This document shows, piece by piece, positions 10,501 through 18,927 of a stretch of DNA of 64,000 bases. The notes under the pieces were generated by a model. The model made no database searches, was not told the origin of the DNA, and saw nothing but the letters and a program-made list of their open reading frames with translations. The stretch lies in contig CAVPCT010000002.1 in the NCBI GenBank assembly GCA_963702475.1, positions 288,001 to 352,000 on the forward strand, read 5' to 3'. The DNA comes from an uncultured Thermoleophilia bacterium. GTDB taxonomy: Bacteria > Actinomycetota > Thermoleophilia > UBA2241. The first letter of the stretch is position 1. Every line of letters begins with the position of its first letter. A program made the position numbers and the translations under genes.

Positions 10501-12076
10501 CCTGTACCGCGACGCCCTGGGCGTGGTGCCTCCGGCAGGGCTGCCCGAGGTGTTCCTCGAGGACGTCCCCGACGCCATGCTGCAGGTCGTGCGGCGCTTC
10601 GCACGCACGCACGGGCCGTTCGAGACCGGCGAGGTACAGGCCCGTTTCGGCCTCGACGTGAGCCCGGCGCTGGCGCAGCTGGAGCGCGCCGGTGAGCTGG
10701 TACGCGGGGAGCTGCGTCCGCTGGGCACGCAACGGGAGTGGTGCGACCCGGACGTGTTGCGCCGTCTGCGCAGGGCCTCGCTGGCCGTCCTGCGCAAGGA
10801 GATCGAACCAGTCGCCCAGGAGACGCTGGCGCGCTTCGCCCCCGCCTGGCAGGGCGTGGACCGCCATGCCCCGCCCGGCGCCGGCGTCGCGCGGTTGCGC
10901 GACGTGCTGGCGCCGCTCCAGGGCCTGCCGCTGGCGCCCGAGGTCTGGGAGAACGAGGTACTGCCGCGGCGGCTCGGCGCCTACTCGCAGTACTGGCTGG
11001 ACGAGCTCTGCGCCAACGGCGAGGTGGTCTGGGTCGGGGCGGGCTCGCTTGGCGGGCGTACGGGGCGCGTCGCCTTGTACTTCCGCGACGACGCGCCCCT
11101 GCTGGGGCCCCCGCCCGGCCCGCGTGAGGTCCCCGACCGCGACCTGCACGAGGCCCTGCGAGAGCGTCTCGGCCTCGGGGCCTGCTTCTTCACCGACCTG
11201 CTGCTGGAACACCCGGAGGCCGGCGCCGAGGAGCTGCGCCGCGCGTTGTGGGATCTCGTGTGGGCTGGCGAGGTGACCAACGACCAGTTCGCGCCGCTGC
11301 GCGCCGGGGCATCGGCGGCCGGCCGGAGCAGGACGCCTTCGTCCTCGCCGGTACCCGCGCACCCGCAGCTCCGTCCGGCCGCGGGCCGCTTCCGCCGCCG
11401 CGGCCGGGGCACGCCGCCCCTGCAGGGCCGCTGGTCGCTCACGCGACAGCTCTTCGGCCCCGATGTCGAGCCGGAGGCGCGCCGCCGCGCCTGGGCCGAG
11501 CTGCTCCTGGAGCGTTACGGCGTCATCACGCGCGAGCTGGTGCGTGCCGAGGGGTACCCGGGCGGATTCGCGGCGCTCTACCCGGCGCTCTCCGCCCTGG
11601 AGACCGTCGGCGCCGCGCGGCGGGGGTACTTCGTGGAGGGGCTCGGCGCCGCCCAGTTCGCCCTGCCCGGCGCCGTCGACCGGCTGCGGGCGCAGGAGGA
11701 GGTGCCGAACGAGGGCATGGTGCTCGCCGTTGCCGACCCGGCCCAGCTGTACGGCGCCGGGCTGCGCTGGCCCCACCCTGACGTGCGCCCGCCGGCCCGC
11801 CGCCCCGGCGCGCTGCTGGTCACCGTGGCAGGCCGCCCGGCGCTCTCCGTGCACCCGCGCGGTCACAGCCTGCGCGTGCAGGGCCGGCCGGACGACGTGC
11901 GGCCGGCCCTGCAGGCGCTCGCCGCGGCGGTCCTGGCCGGGGGACGTCTGCGCCGGCTCGTGGTGCACACCATCGACGGCGAGCCGGCGGTGGCCAGCCC
12001 GCTCGCCGGCCGCCTGGTCGCCCTGGGCTTCCGTCAGGAGCTCAACGAGTTCGCCCTGAGCGCCGGGGATGCCTGA
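7583..12076 (+). CDS. lhr: Lhr-family ATP-dependent helicase (long form)
   Basis: APTGSGKT, DEIH, GLSAT, HHGSL, ATSSLELGID, QRIGRAGH, C-terminal RRGYFVEGLGAAQFA; start 7553 or 7583. Confidence 0.92.
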   Translation: MTASTHPALEAFTPQVREWFARAFADPTPAQVQAWPAIASGRHALISAPTGSGKTLAAFLWALDRFVAEPPPADARQRRTRLVYVSPLKALGYDVERNLRAPLRGIGADVRVAVRTGDTPQRERRDMLKTPPDILITTPESLYLMLTSQARELFAGTEWVIVDEIHAVAQTKRGAHLALTLERLAHQAGRDVQRIGLSATQRPLDEVARFLAGPQRECTVVDAGVRKPLDLRIHVPVESMVEPGAPLDLDAVPGGEATRRSIWPAIYPELLRLVRAHRSTLVFVNDRRAAERIALRLNDLAAREGEGGSAGEWGGAPAGPTAGPAGAPPREIARAHHGSLAREERLVIEEQLKAGQLPCLVATSSLELGIDMGALDLVIQVESPKSVTRGLQRIGRAGHGVGEVSRGRIFPKFRADLLECAVVARRMREGLIETTVVPRNPLDVLAQQVVAMAASAGDEGVAVADLHALARRTWTYADLELRQLENVLDMLDGRYPSREFAELRPRLVWDRIAGTVRARPGARSLAVANAGTIPDRGLFSVNLPDGRRVGELDEEMVYEARAGQTFLLGATSWRIEQITRDRVVVTPAPGVPGAVPFWHGESVGRPRELGEAIGAFTRWAVRQDEATLGREYDLDELAASNLLAFLKDQEAATGVVPSDRTLVAERFRDEIGDWRLCLLSPYGGRVHAAWALALSARIRDTFGLEADAIWSDDGVIVHLPDADDPPGAELVLVEPDEAEELVVAELGSSALFGARFRENAARALLIPRAYPGRRTPLWQQRLKAQSLLEVARRYPQFPIVLETYRECLRDVLDVPGLVDVLRKVHTRELSLVEVETQTASPFASSLLFDYVATYMYEGDTPAAERRAVALALDRDLLRELLGQEELRDLIDPGALEQVEDDLQHRSDQSRARSADALHDVLRRVGDLTAAEGAQRAEPADAAAAWLARLEDERRAVRARVGGEVRWFAAEDAGLYRDALGVVPPAGLPEVFLEDVPDAMLQVVRRFARTHGPFETGEVQARFGLDVSPALAQLERAGELVRGELRPLGTQREWCDPDVLRRLRRASLAVLRKEIEPVAQETLARFAPAWQGVDRHAPPGAGVARLRDVLAPLQGLPLAPEVWENEVLPRRLGAYSQYWLDELCANGEVVWVGAGSLGGRTGRVALYFRDDAPLLGPPPGPREVPDRDLHEALRERLGLGACFFTDLLLEHPEAGAEELRRALWDLVWAGEVTNDQFAPLRAGASAAGRSRTPSSSPVPAHPQLRPAAGRFRRRGRGTPPLQGRWSLTRQLFGPDVEPEARRRAWAELLLERYGVITRELVRAEGYPGGFAALYPALSALETVGAARRGYFVEGLGAAQFALPGAVDRLRAQEEVPNEGMVLAVADPAQLYGAGLRWPHPDVRPPARRPGALLVTVAGRPALSVHPRGHSLRVQGRPDDVRPALQALAAAVLAGGRLRRLVVHTIDGEPAVASPLAGRLVALGFRQELNEFALSAGDA

Positions 12077-12314
12077 GGGCGACACCATCCACCACTCCGC
12101 CCGGCGCATCCGCGCCGGCTCGAGGGGCGCGTGCTCGACGTCGTCCTCACGCCGCACCCGCGGTTCGGCCGCGACCGCTGGCCCGAGCGTCTGACGGGCC
12201 GCGCGGTCGAGGCCATCGAGGCGCGGGAGCACCTGCTGCTGCGCCGGCCCTCATCCACGCCGCGGCCAGGCGGACGAAACCGCACCACGTAGTGGTGTCC
12301 GCGGGCCAGCCTGA
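12069..12314 (+). pseudogene. nei: Degraded Nei/Fpg DNA glycosylase
   Basis: Begins MPEGDTIHHSARRIR (Nei catalytic N-terminus), shifts frame into LEGRVL...TPHPRFGRDRWPERL...HLLLR, then jumps to zinc-finger remnant NRTT*WCP; middle deleted. Confidence 0.8.
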
Positions 12315-12415
12315 GGCGCACCGGCCCGGCGACGCGTTCTGGCCGTCAGACCACCCGGACCGGCCTGAGCGCAGGCCCGGCGACAGCTCGGCCCGATGCG
12401 GCCCTGGCCGCACCC

Positions 12416-12443
12416 TCAAGGCCCCTCGCGACTGTGACGATAG
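12416..12443 (+). promoter_or_regulatory. Putative sigma28/WhiG-type promoter
   Basis: TCAAG(12416-12420)-N15-GACGATAG(12436-12443), about 410 bp upstream of surface protein copy A. Confidence 0.45.
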
Positions 12444-12852
12444 GCAGGACTAACGGGGAGGTGACGTCGCAGGGTGGAGAAGTATCGGCAACGTGATAGA
12501 GTGCCCCGAACGCTCGCGCCCGCGGCGCGGATGTGCTTGCCTGCGCAAGTATTGCTGGCCGTGGTGCGATGTGTTTAGATGGGCGACGTCCGGGACAGTT
12601 GTCACGAGGAGGGTGCTTGTCTGGAACAAGGGCGTGGCCTGCTATGCCTGGAGGGGCTAAGTTCTTGGCTTCCCCCGGCGTTCCATGAAGGGAGAACCGC
12701 GGTCTCGTCGAAGGGCACATCTGCCGGCGAGGATCGCGGGCGCTTTTGGTCATTCTATCGCTGTGCACCTGCGGCGGTAGTTGAGATATAGTCAAGTGAA
12801 GCTCCAAGAAGTACTACGTACCAGGGCAACAAGAATCAGGAGGTCCAGAGTG

Positions 12853-14714
12853 ATGAGGAGTTCAGGGAGCAAGCGGTCTCTGCGGGTGGCATTCGCCGTG
12901 CTGCTCGTGCTGGCCGCGCTCGCCATCGCCGCCCCGGCGGCGCTCGCGCACGGCAGCATCGCAGGCACGGTGACGTCCGTCGCAGACGGCACCCCGCTCG
13001 AGAACATCAACGTCTACGCGTTCGACCCGGCGCTCGTCACCGGGCTCAGCCCCGCCCTCGTGCCGGATCTGAGCAAAGCCGCGGGTATGGGCGTCACCGA
13101 CGGCGCCGGTCAGTACGTCATCCTCGACCTGCCCGGCGGTCCCATCGCGAACCCGACCGAGTACCTGGTCTGGTTCCAGGACATGATCCCCTTCAACCAC
13201 TACGTGGCGCAGTGGTTCCTCGGCTGCTCGCCGTATGACCCGAACCGGCCCGCTCCGACGCTCGTCCCCGTGGTCGACAACGAGCGCACCCTCGGCATCG
13301 ACGACGCCCTCGTGGGCGCCTGCACGATCTCCGGCAACGTCGGCGGGATCCCCGGTATCGAGGTCTACGTGTGGACCCCGGAGATGGGCAGCTTCCAGGC
13401 GATTTCGCTGAGAACGTGATGGGCGGCGACGCCGTCCCCGACGCCGTCAGCGACATCAACGGTGACTACGCGGTCGAGGAGCTCAACCCGACCGGCGGCG
13501 CCGGCCCGGCTTCTTACGGCGTGCTGTTCTACGACCCCAGCGGCACCTACGCGCCGCAGTGGTGGGGTAACGGGCAGGCTCCGTGGTACTCCCCCGATCC
13601 GCTCACGCAGCCCTTCGGCACGGTCGACATGACCGCCAGCGTCGAGCAGCTCGATCTGGCCGGCACCATCGCCGGCTCCGTCGACGGCGACGTCGGCGAC
13701 ATGACCGAGTACGACCTCGAGGGCATCGAGGTCTCCGTCTTCGCGGCCTTCGGCGATGACTGGATGTTCATGGGCCAGGACGTGTCCGACAGCAACGGGC
13801 GCTTCTCCATCACCGGCCTGCCCGTGGGCACCTACTTCGTCCGCTTCACCGACCCCACGGGCGACTACTTCGACAAGTGGTTCGCCGAATGGTCCTACGC
13901 CGCCGCCGCCACCGGCAACCCGTGGACTGACGGCGCCGACCTCGTCGAGATCGACGACCCCGGCTACCAGGACAACGGCGTCTACGCGCTCATGAAGCCG
14001 ATCCCCTACATCGACTTCGTGCACCCGCCGTTCGGCGTGAACGACGGTCCTGACCGTTACGAGACCGAGCTCGCCTTCAGCGGCTGGGGCCTGAACTTCG
14101 TCGAGTTCGTCGATATCTGGAAGCCGGGCCTGCCGCCGTTCACCATCACCAAGCTGGGCTTCTGGTCCGACTCGACCTTCGCGGCCACCGGCGTCTACAA
14201 CCTGGCCGCGCCGCTGGCCCCGACCGGCACCTACGTCGTCTCCGCTTGGTACTACGACTACTACCTCGAGGACTGGACCTGGACCTACCTCTACAACTCC
14301 TTCCAGGTCGTGAACAGCTGGGTGCCGACCGTCCCGCCCACGCCGCCGTCGCCGACCACCCCGGTGCTCCCGGCTGAGCCCACGCCGATCGTCACCCCGC
14401 AGCCGCCCGCGCCGCAGCCCCCGGCTGCGCCGGTCGCCGGCCCCGTCATGGTGAGCGCCGAGAAGGCCGCCGTGAAGAAGGGCGCCATGGCCACCCTGCG
14501 CTTCCAGGTCAGCGAGCTCGTCCTGGGCGGCACTGCCGAGGTCAAGGTCGTCATCGCCAACAAGGCCGGCAAGGTCGTCAAGCAGGTCAAGAAGAGCGTC
14601 ACCATGAACGCTGCCGCGAGCGTCAGCTTCCGCTGCAAGCTCGCCAAGGGCAGCTACACCTACACCGTCAGCGCCGGTGCGGCGTCGGCGTCCAGCACCC
14701 TGGTCGTGAAGTAA
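12853..14714 (+). pseudogene. Secreted surface protein copy A (3 carboxypeptidase-regulatory/Cna-B-like repeats, Ig-like domain, Pro/Thr linker, basic C-terminal domain), frameshifted near 13395
   Basis: AGGAGG RBS, signal peptide; ORFs 12853-13419 and 13371-14714 together match 31593-33446, with one base missing around ttcca (13393-13397). Confidence 0.8.
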
Positions 14715-14739
14715 CACTCGCGACCGGAGGACCACGGGC
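12892..14739 (+). repeat. Dispersed direct repeat, copy A (partner 31629-33471)
   Basis: 12892-13370 and 13942-14739 are near-identical to copy B; the central part is a mosaic. Confidence 0.95.
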
Positions 14740-14769
14740 TACGCGCCCTGGCGTGGTCCGTGAGCTACG

Positions 14770-14810
14770 AGCGGCGGGGCCGGCAGTGAAGCCGGCCCCG
14801 CCGCTTTCTT
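14770..14810 (+). terminator. Intrinsic terminator after copy A
   Basis: agcggcggggccggc-agtgaa-gccggccccgccgct followed by ttctt. Confidence 0.8.
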
Positions 14811-14912
14811 GCGGGTGGTCATCACTCGTCACTGACGCTACTCTGGTCGCGCGGGCTGCTGCTTCTGCGGGCCCGCCGGCTTGAGGACAGTGAGAGCGAG
14901 CGGGGAGGGCTG

Positions 14913-16943
14913 GTGCGGTCAGGAGCGCGGGTCTTGCTGGGGCTGGTGGCGGTGGCCTTCGCCCTGCTGCTCCCGGCGGCCTGTTCCTGGGCGGCTTCGT
15001 CCGACGGTGGCAACGCTCCCCTGAACCCGCAGTTCCTGGCGTGGCGTGCCGACCGGCACGGCGCCGGCACAGCCGCCACCGCTGGTGCCCGCTTGGGCAT
15101 GGTGAGCGCCGGCCTCGCCGACCCCGGCTTGACGCCCAGCCCGGTGGACCCGGCGGTCTTCGCCGGCAGGGCCGTCGCGCCGAAGAGCGTGGCGTACCCG
15201 TCATCGTACGACCTTCGACGCCTGGGCCGGGTGAGCCCCGTGCGGGACCAGCTGCCGTTCGGCACCTGCTGGGCCTTCGCCGCCGTGTCGTCGCTCGAAT
15301 CGGCGATGCTGCCTGCGGACGCCCAGGACTTCTCCGAGGACAACGTGGTGCTCAACGCCGGCTTCGATACCGGCGTGGATTCGGCTTACGACCACGGCGG
15401 CACCTTCACCATGAGCACCGCCTACTTCGCCCGCTGGGCGGGCCCGGTTCTGGAGAGCCAGGACCCGTACGGGGACGGCTCCTCGCCGCCGGGCCTCTCC
15501 GCAGTGCGCCACGTCCAGGAGGTGCTCTACATCCCCGGCGGTGCGGGCGGGACGGACACCGCGAACATCAAGTACGCCCTCATGACGTACGGGGCGGTGG
15601 CGAGCGAGCTGAACATGGAACGGAAGTACCTCCGTGAGGCGAACTCGGCGTACTACTGCTACGGCGGAGACTACGTGAATCACGCCGTCGCGATCGTCGG
15701 CTGGGACGACGCGTACTCCGCGGCGAACTTCGCGGCAGCGCCGTCCGGCGACGGGGCCTGGCTGGCGAAGAACAACTGGGGTGCCGGCTGGGGGCAGGAC
15801 GGGTACTTCTGGATCTCCTACTACGACAAGTTCGCGGGGTCCTCCAAGGCGCTCAATTCGGTGTTCGGCAGCGTGCAGGGGACGGACACGTACACCGACA
15901 TCTACAGCCACGACGTCCTCGGGCAGGTGACCACGTATGGGCTGGGGCTCACCAAGATGTGGGGGGCCAATGCCTTCACCGCCCACGGAGAGCAGAGCAT
16001 CGTCGCGCTGGGCTTCTACACGCCCGTGCCGGGGTCGTCGTACACGCTCTACACCGGATCGGACCTGGAGACCCTGCATGAGCAGGGGACGGGACAGATC
16101 GGGCTGCCCGGCTATCACACCGTGCGTCTCAAGAGCGCCCTGAGCGTGCACGCGGGGCAGAGGTTCTTCGTAGCGGTGCGCCTGGTCACGCCGGGCACGG
16201 AGTATCCGCTGGCCGTCGAGCTGTACCAGCCCGACTACTCGACCAACGCGACGGCCCAAGTGAGCCAGAGCTATGTGCGGACCGACACCATGTCGTGGAC
16301 GGACCTCACCGACTGGAACGGCAGTGCCAACGTCTGCCTCAAAGCGTACGCCGGCACTCCTGACCCCCCCGCCCTCGAGGACACTACCGCGCCGCGCACG
16401 GACGTCGCCGGCGCCGACGATCTCTGGCACTCGGCCCCTGTCACGCTGACCTTCACCGCCAGCGACGGCGGCGCAGCCGTCAGCGGCATCGCGTACACCG
16501 AGTACCGGGTGGACGGCGGGGTGTGGGTGCGGGGCACGAGTGCGCGCGTCACCGCGGACGGTGTGCATACCGTGGCGTACCGCTCGGCGGACGCCGCCGG
16601 CAACGTGGAGGAGCCCAGGACCTGCACGGTCCGGGTCGACGCGACCGGGCCCGTATGCTCCGCCCGGCCGGTGACGGTGAGGAGGGGCGCCTCTGCCGCC
16701 GTCAAGTTCCTCGTGGACGACGGCCTGAGCCCGCAGGTGCGGTACTCGGTGACGGTCAAGTCCGCGAGCGGCGCCGTCAAGCGTGCGACGGGCACCTCCG
16801 CCTGGAAGGCTGACGGGGTGTGGCGCACGTGGGCGTTCCCGTGCACGCTCACGCGAGGCACGTACCAGGTCGTGGTGCGCGGGCGCGACCTGGCCGGCAA
16901 CGCACAATCGGTGATCGGGCGATCCGCCCTGCGCGTCCGCTGA
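14913..16943 (+). CDS. Secreted papain-family (C1A) cysteine peptidase with lectin-like, Ig-like and basic C-terminal domains
   Basis: Signal peptide; YPSSYDLR, QLPFGTCWAFA (Gln/Cys), NHAVAIVGWDD (His), KNNWG (Asn). Confidence 0.88.
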   Translation: MRSGARVLLGLVAVAFALLLPAACSWAASSDGGNAPLNPQFLAWRADRHGAGTAATAGARLGMVSAGLADPGLTPSPVDPAVFAGRAVAPKSVAYPSSYDLRRLGRVSPVRDQLPFGTCWAFAAVSSLESAMLPADAQDFSEDNVVLNAGFDTGVDSAYDHGGTFTMSTAYFARWAGPVLESQDPYGDGSSPPGLSAVRHVQEVLYIPGGAGGTDTANIKYALMTYGAVASELNMERKYLREANSAYYCYGGDYVNHAVAIVGWDDAYSAANFAAAPSGDGAWLAKNNWGAGWGQDGYFWISYYDKFAGSSKALNSVFGSVQGTDTYTDIYSHDVLGQVTTYGLGLTKMWGANAFTAHGEQSIVALGFYTPVPGSSYTLYTGSDLETLHEQGTGQIGLPGYHTVRLKSALSVHAGQRFFVAVRLVTPGTEYPLAVELYQPDYSTNATAQVSQSYVRTDTMSWTDLTDWNGSANVCLKAYAGTPDPPALEDTTAPRTDVAGADDLWHSAPVTLTFTASDGGAAVSGIAYTEYRVDGGVWVRGTSARVTADGVHTVAYRSADAAGNVEEPRTCTVRVDATGPVCSARPVTVRRGASAAVKFLVDDGLSPQVRYSVTVKSASGAVKRATGTSAWKADGVWRTWAFPCTLTRGTYQVVVRGRDLAGNAQSVIGRSALRVR

Positions 16944-16985
16944 CCAGGCGTGAGCGGGTGCCCGCAGACTGAGGAAGGAGCGACC

Positions 16986-18746
16986 GTGCGTGATCACTCC
17001 AGACGAACGCGCTCCGTCGCCGCAGCCGTCGTCACTACGCTCATGCTCGCCGCAGCGACTGTGCTGGCGCTTCCGACATCCTCGCGCGCGACCACCCTCC
17101 AGCACCTCACCGTGAGGCAGCTTTCGCGGCACGCGGTCTCCGTGGTCGTCGGCGAGGTGCTGTCCACGAGGACGCAGGAGACGGCCTCTGGAGTGCGGAC
17201 GGCGGTGCGCCTGCGGGTCGTCCGCACCCTCAACGGCGCGGAGCGCAGGGTCATGACCGTGTATGTGCCGGGCGGTGTGCTGCCTGACGGCACGCGGGTG
17301 CTGGTGAGCGGCATGCCCTCGTTCTCCGTGGGCGAGACCAGCGTCGTGTTCGTGGACGTGTACGGCTGGGTGGTCGGCGGGTTCCAGGGCGAGCTCGCCG
17401 TGGACGAGGGCTCTGTGGAGTCCACCGGCGAGTCGCTGGGAGCCTTCGGGCGGCGTGTGCAGCGCGCGCTCGGGCAGGAGGCCGGCGCAGGGGCGGCGTC
17501 GCAGGGTCAGACCCCGGCCGGCGACTCCGGGGGAGCGACTGAGGCCGCGTCGAACCTCTCGACGCCCACCGTCACCGGCGTCAGCCCCTCCTCGGCGTCA
17601 GCCGGCACGAACAGCCTTGTGACCATCAGCGGCAGCGGCTTCGGGTCGATCGCCGGCCAAGTGTACTTCTCGTACGGACGCAAGGGCGTCATGCGGATCG
17701 CCTCCAACTCGGTGCGGTCGTGGAGCGACGGCTCCATCACCTGCAGCGTCCCCACCGGCATCATCGACGACTACGCGGCCTCGGCGGGCACCGGCCCCGT
17801 GACGGTGAGTACGGCGCTCGGGCTGCAGTCCAGCGCCTTCGACGTGACCATCCCCTTCGGCTACGGCGGGGCGAAGTGGCTTTCTCCCACGGTCGCGTAC
17901 CGCATCAACACGTCGGGGATCGACGACGCGCTGCGCACGAGCCTCGTCGAGGCCGGTGCGGCCGCGTGGAGCGCGACGGGTTCCGGCCTGCGGTTCGTCG
18001 CCGGCGGCCCGACCACAGCCGCGCTCGCGATGGACGGCATCAACGTGATCTCGTGGGCCGACGGCATGCCGTCCGGCGTGCTGGCGATGAGCTACTCCGA
18101 CCAGCGCGGCGGCGTCATCTCCGAGGCCGACGTGCAGTTCAGCAACGACTACCTGTGGAGCGACGGCGCGACCGGCTCGGGTTCCTATGACATCCAGAGC
18201 ATCACCACGCACGAGATGGGCCACTGGCTGGTGCTGCTGGACCAGTACATGACGGCGGACTCCCACAAGATCATGTACGGGTACGGCGACGACGACCAGC
18301 AGAAGCGCACGCCCACCGCCGACGACGTCGCCGGGATCACCTGGATCTACCCGGGGGCAGGTCCGTCACCGACGCCCACCCCGACGCCGACGCCTACCCC
18401 GACGCCCACGGTGACCCCGACACCGTTGCCGAGCCCGAGCAGGGGCGACGTGGGCCCGGTGTGCAACGTGAAGAACGCGACCGTGAAACGCCACGGCATC
18501 GCCCGCATCCAGTACATGGTCGTCGACGACTTCGACCTGGTGGTCGCGCGGGCCATCGCCGTGACTACGAAGGGCGGCACGGTCAAGAAGCGCTGGGCGG
18601 GCGTGACGCAGAGCTCGACCGCCTGGCAGTCCTTCAGGTTCAAGTGCGACCTGCGCAAGGGGACGTACCGCATCGTCGTCAACGCCGAGGACCTCGTGGG
18701 GCACCCGGCCAGCGTCGTGGGTCGCGCTACGCTCACGGTGAAGTAG
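16986..18746 (+). CDS. Secreted matrixin-like metzincin with IPT/TIG domain, PT linker and basic C-terminal domain
   Basis: Signal peptide; PTVTGVSP..TISGSGFG (IPT); HEMGHWLVLLD zinc motif and IMYG Met-turn; GTG 16986 after GAGGAAGGAG. Confidence 0.8.
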   Translation: MRDHSRRTRSVAAAVVTTLMLAAATVLALPTSSRATTLQHLTVRQLSRHAVSVVVGEVLSTRTQETASGVRTAVRLRVVRTLNGAERRVMTVYVPGGVLPDGTRVLVSGMPSFSVGETSVVFVDVYGWVVGGFQGELAVDEGSVESTGESLGAFGRRVQRALGQEAGAGAASQGQTPAGDSGGATEAASNLSTPTVTGVSPSSASAGTNSLVTISGSGFGSIAGQVYFSYGRKGVMRIASNSVRSWSDGSITCSVPTGIIDDYAASAGTGPVTVSTALGLQSSAFDVTIPFGYGGAKWLSPTVAYRINTSGIDDALRTSLVEAGAAAWSATGSGLRFVAGGPTTAALAMDGINVISWADGMPSGVLAMSYSDQRGGVISEADVQFSNDYLWSDGATGSGSYDIQSITTHEMGHWLVLLDQYMTADSHKIMYGYGDDDQQKRTPTADDVAGITWIYPGAGPSPTPTPTPTPTPTPTVTPTPLPSPSRGDVGPVCNVKNATVKRHGIARIQYMVVDDFDLVVARAIAVTTKGGTVKKRWAGVTQSSTAWQSFRFKCDLRKGTYRIVVNAEDLVGHPASVVGRATLTVK

Positions 18747-18866
18747 GCACGGGAGCGGCCGGCGGGGGTCTGCGCTTCGCACAGGCGGGCTGGCCCGACC
18801 GAGGACGCACGGGCGCCTTTCGCCGGACCCGCCCCGTGCCGGCCGGGCTCCGCCGGCGCCCGAGCT

Positions 18867-18917
18867 TTGCCGCCGGCGTCCGCCGGCATATACTCACTTG
18901 CATAGGTCTTATGCAAG
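18867..18917 (+). promoter_or_regulatory. Putative housekeeping promoter and palindromic operator of the orr-arcE-OTC operon
   Basis: TTGCCG(18867)-16-TATACT(18889-18894), then the perfect palindrome CTTGCATA-ggtct-TATGCAAG (18897-18917). Confidence 0.55.
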
Positions 18918-18927
18918 GGAGGGTCCG

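Noticed and set aside
7592-12232. Long antisense ORFs (also 1950-4436, 19096-21492, 40287-42860, 44156-46900, 31524-33467)
   Set aside because: Shadow frames expected from high GC3 codon bias opposite well-supported genes; no motifs.
12290-12292. Pyrrolysine or readthrough at the TAG in the nei remnant
   Set aside because: It is surrounded by frameshifts and a large deletion, so it is ordinary decay.
12699-12709. 11-mer GCGGTCTCGTC shared by both surface-gene leaders (also 31483-31493)
   Set aside because: Short, GC-rich, non-palindromic and at different distances from the starts; could be chance.
12445-12850. Riboswitch or small ORF (12579-12791) in the long leader of copy A
   Set aside because: No recognisable c-di-GMP or other aptamer motif; the ORF lacks an RBS and typical codon usage.
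18897-18917. Canonical ArgR ARG box
   Set aside because: TGCAT/ATGCA half-sites are 7 nt apart rather than 4, and there is no clear tandem box.
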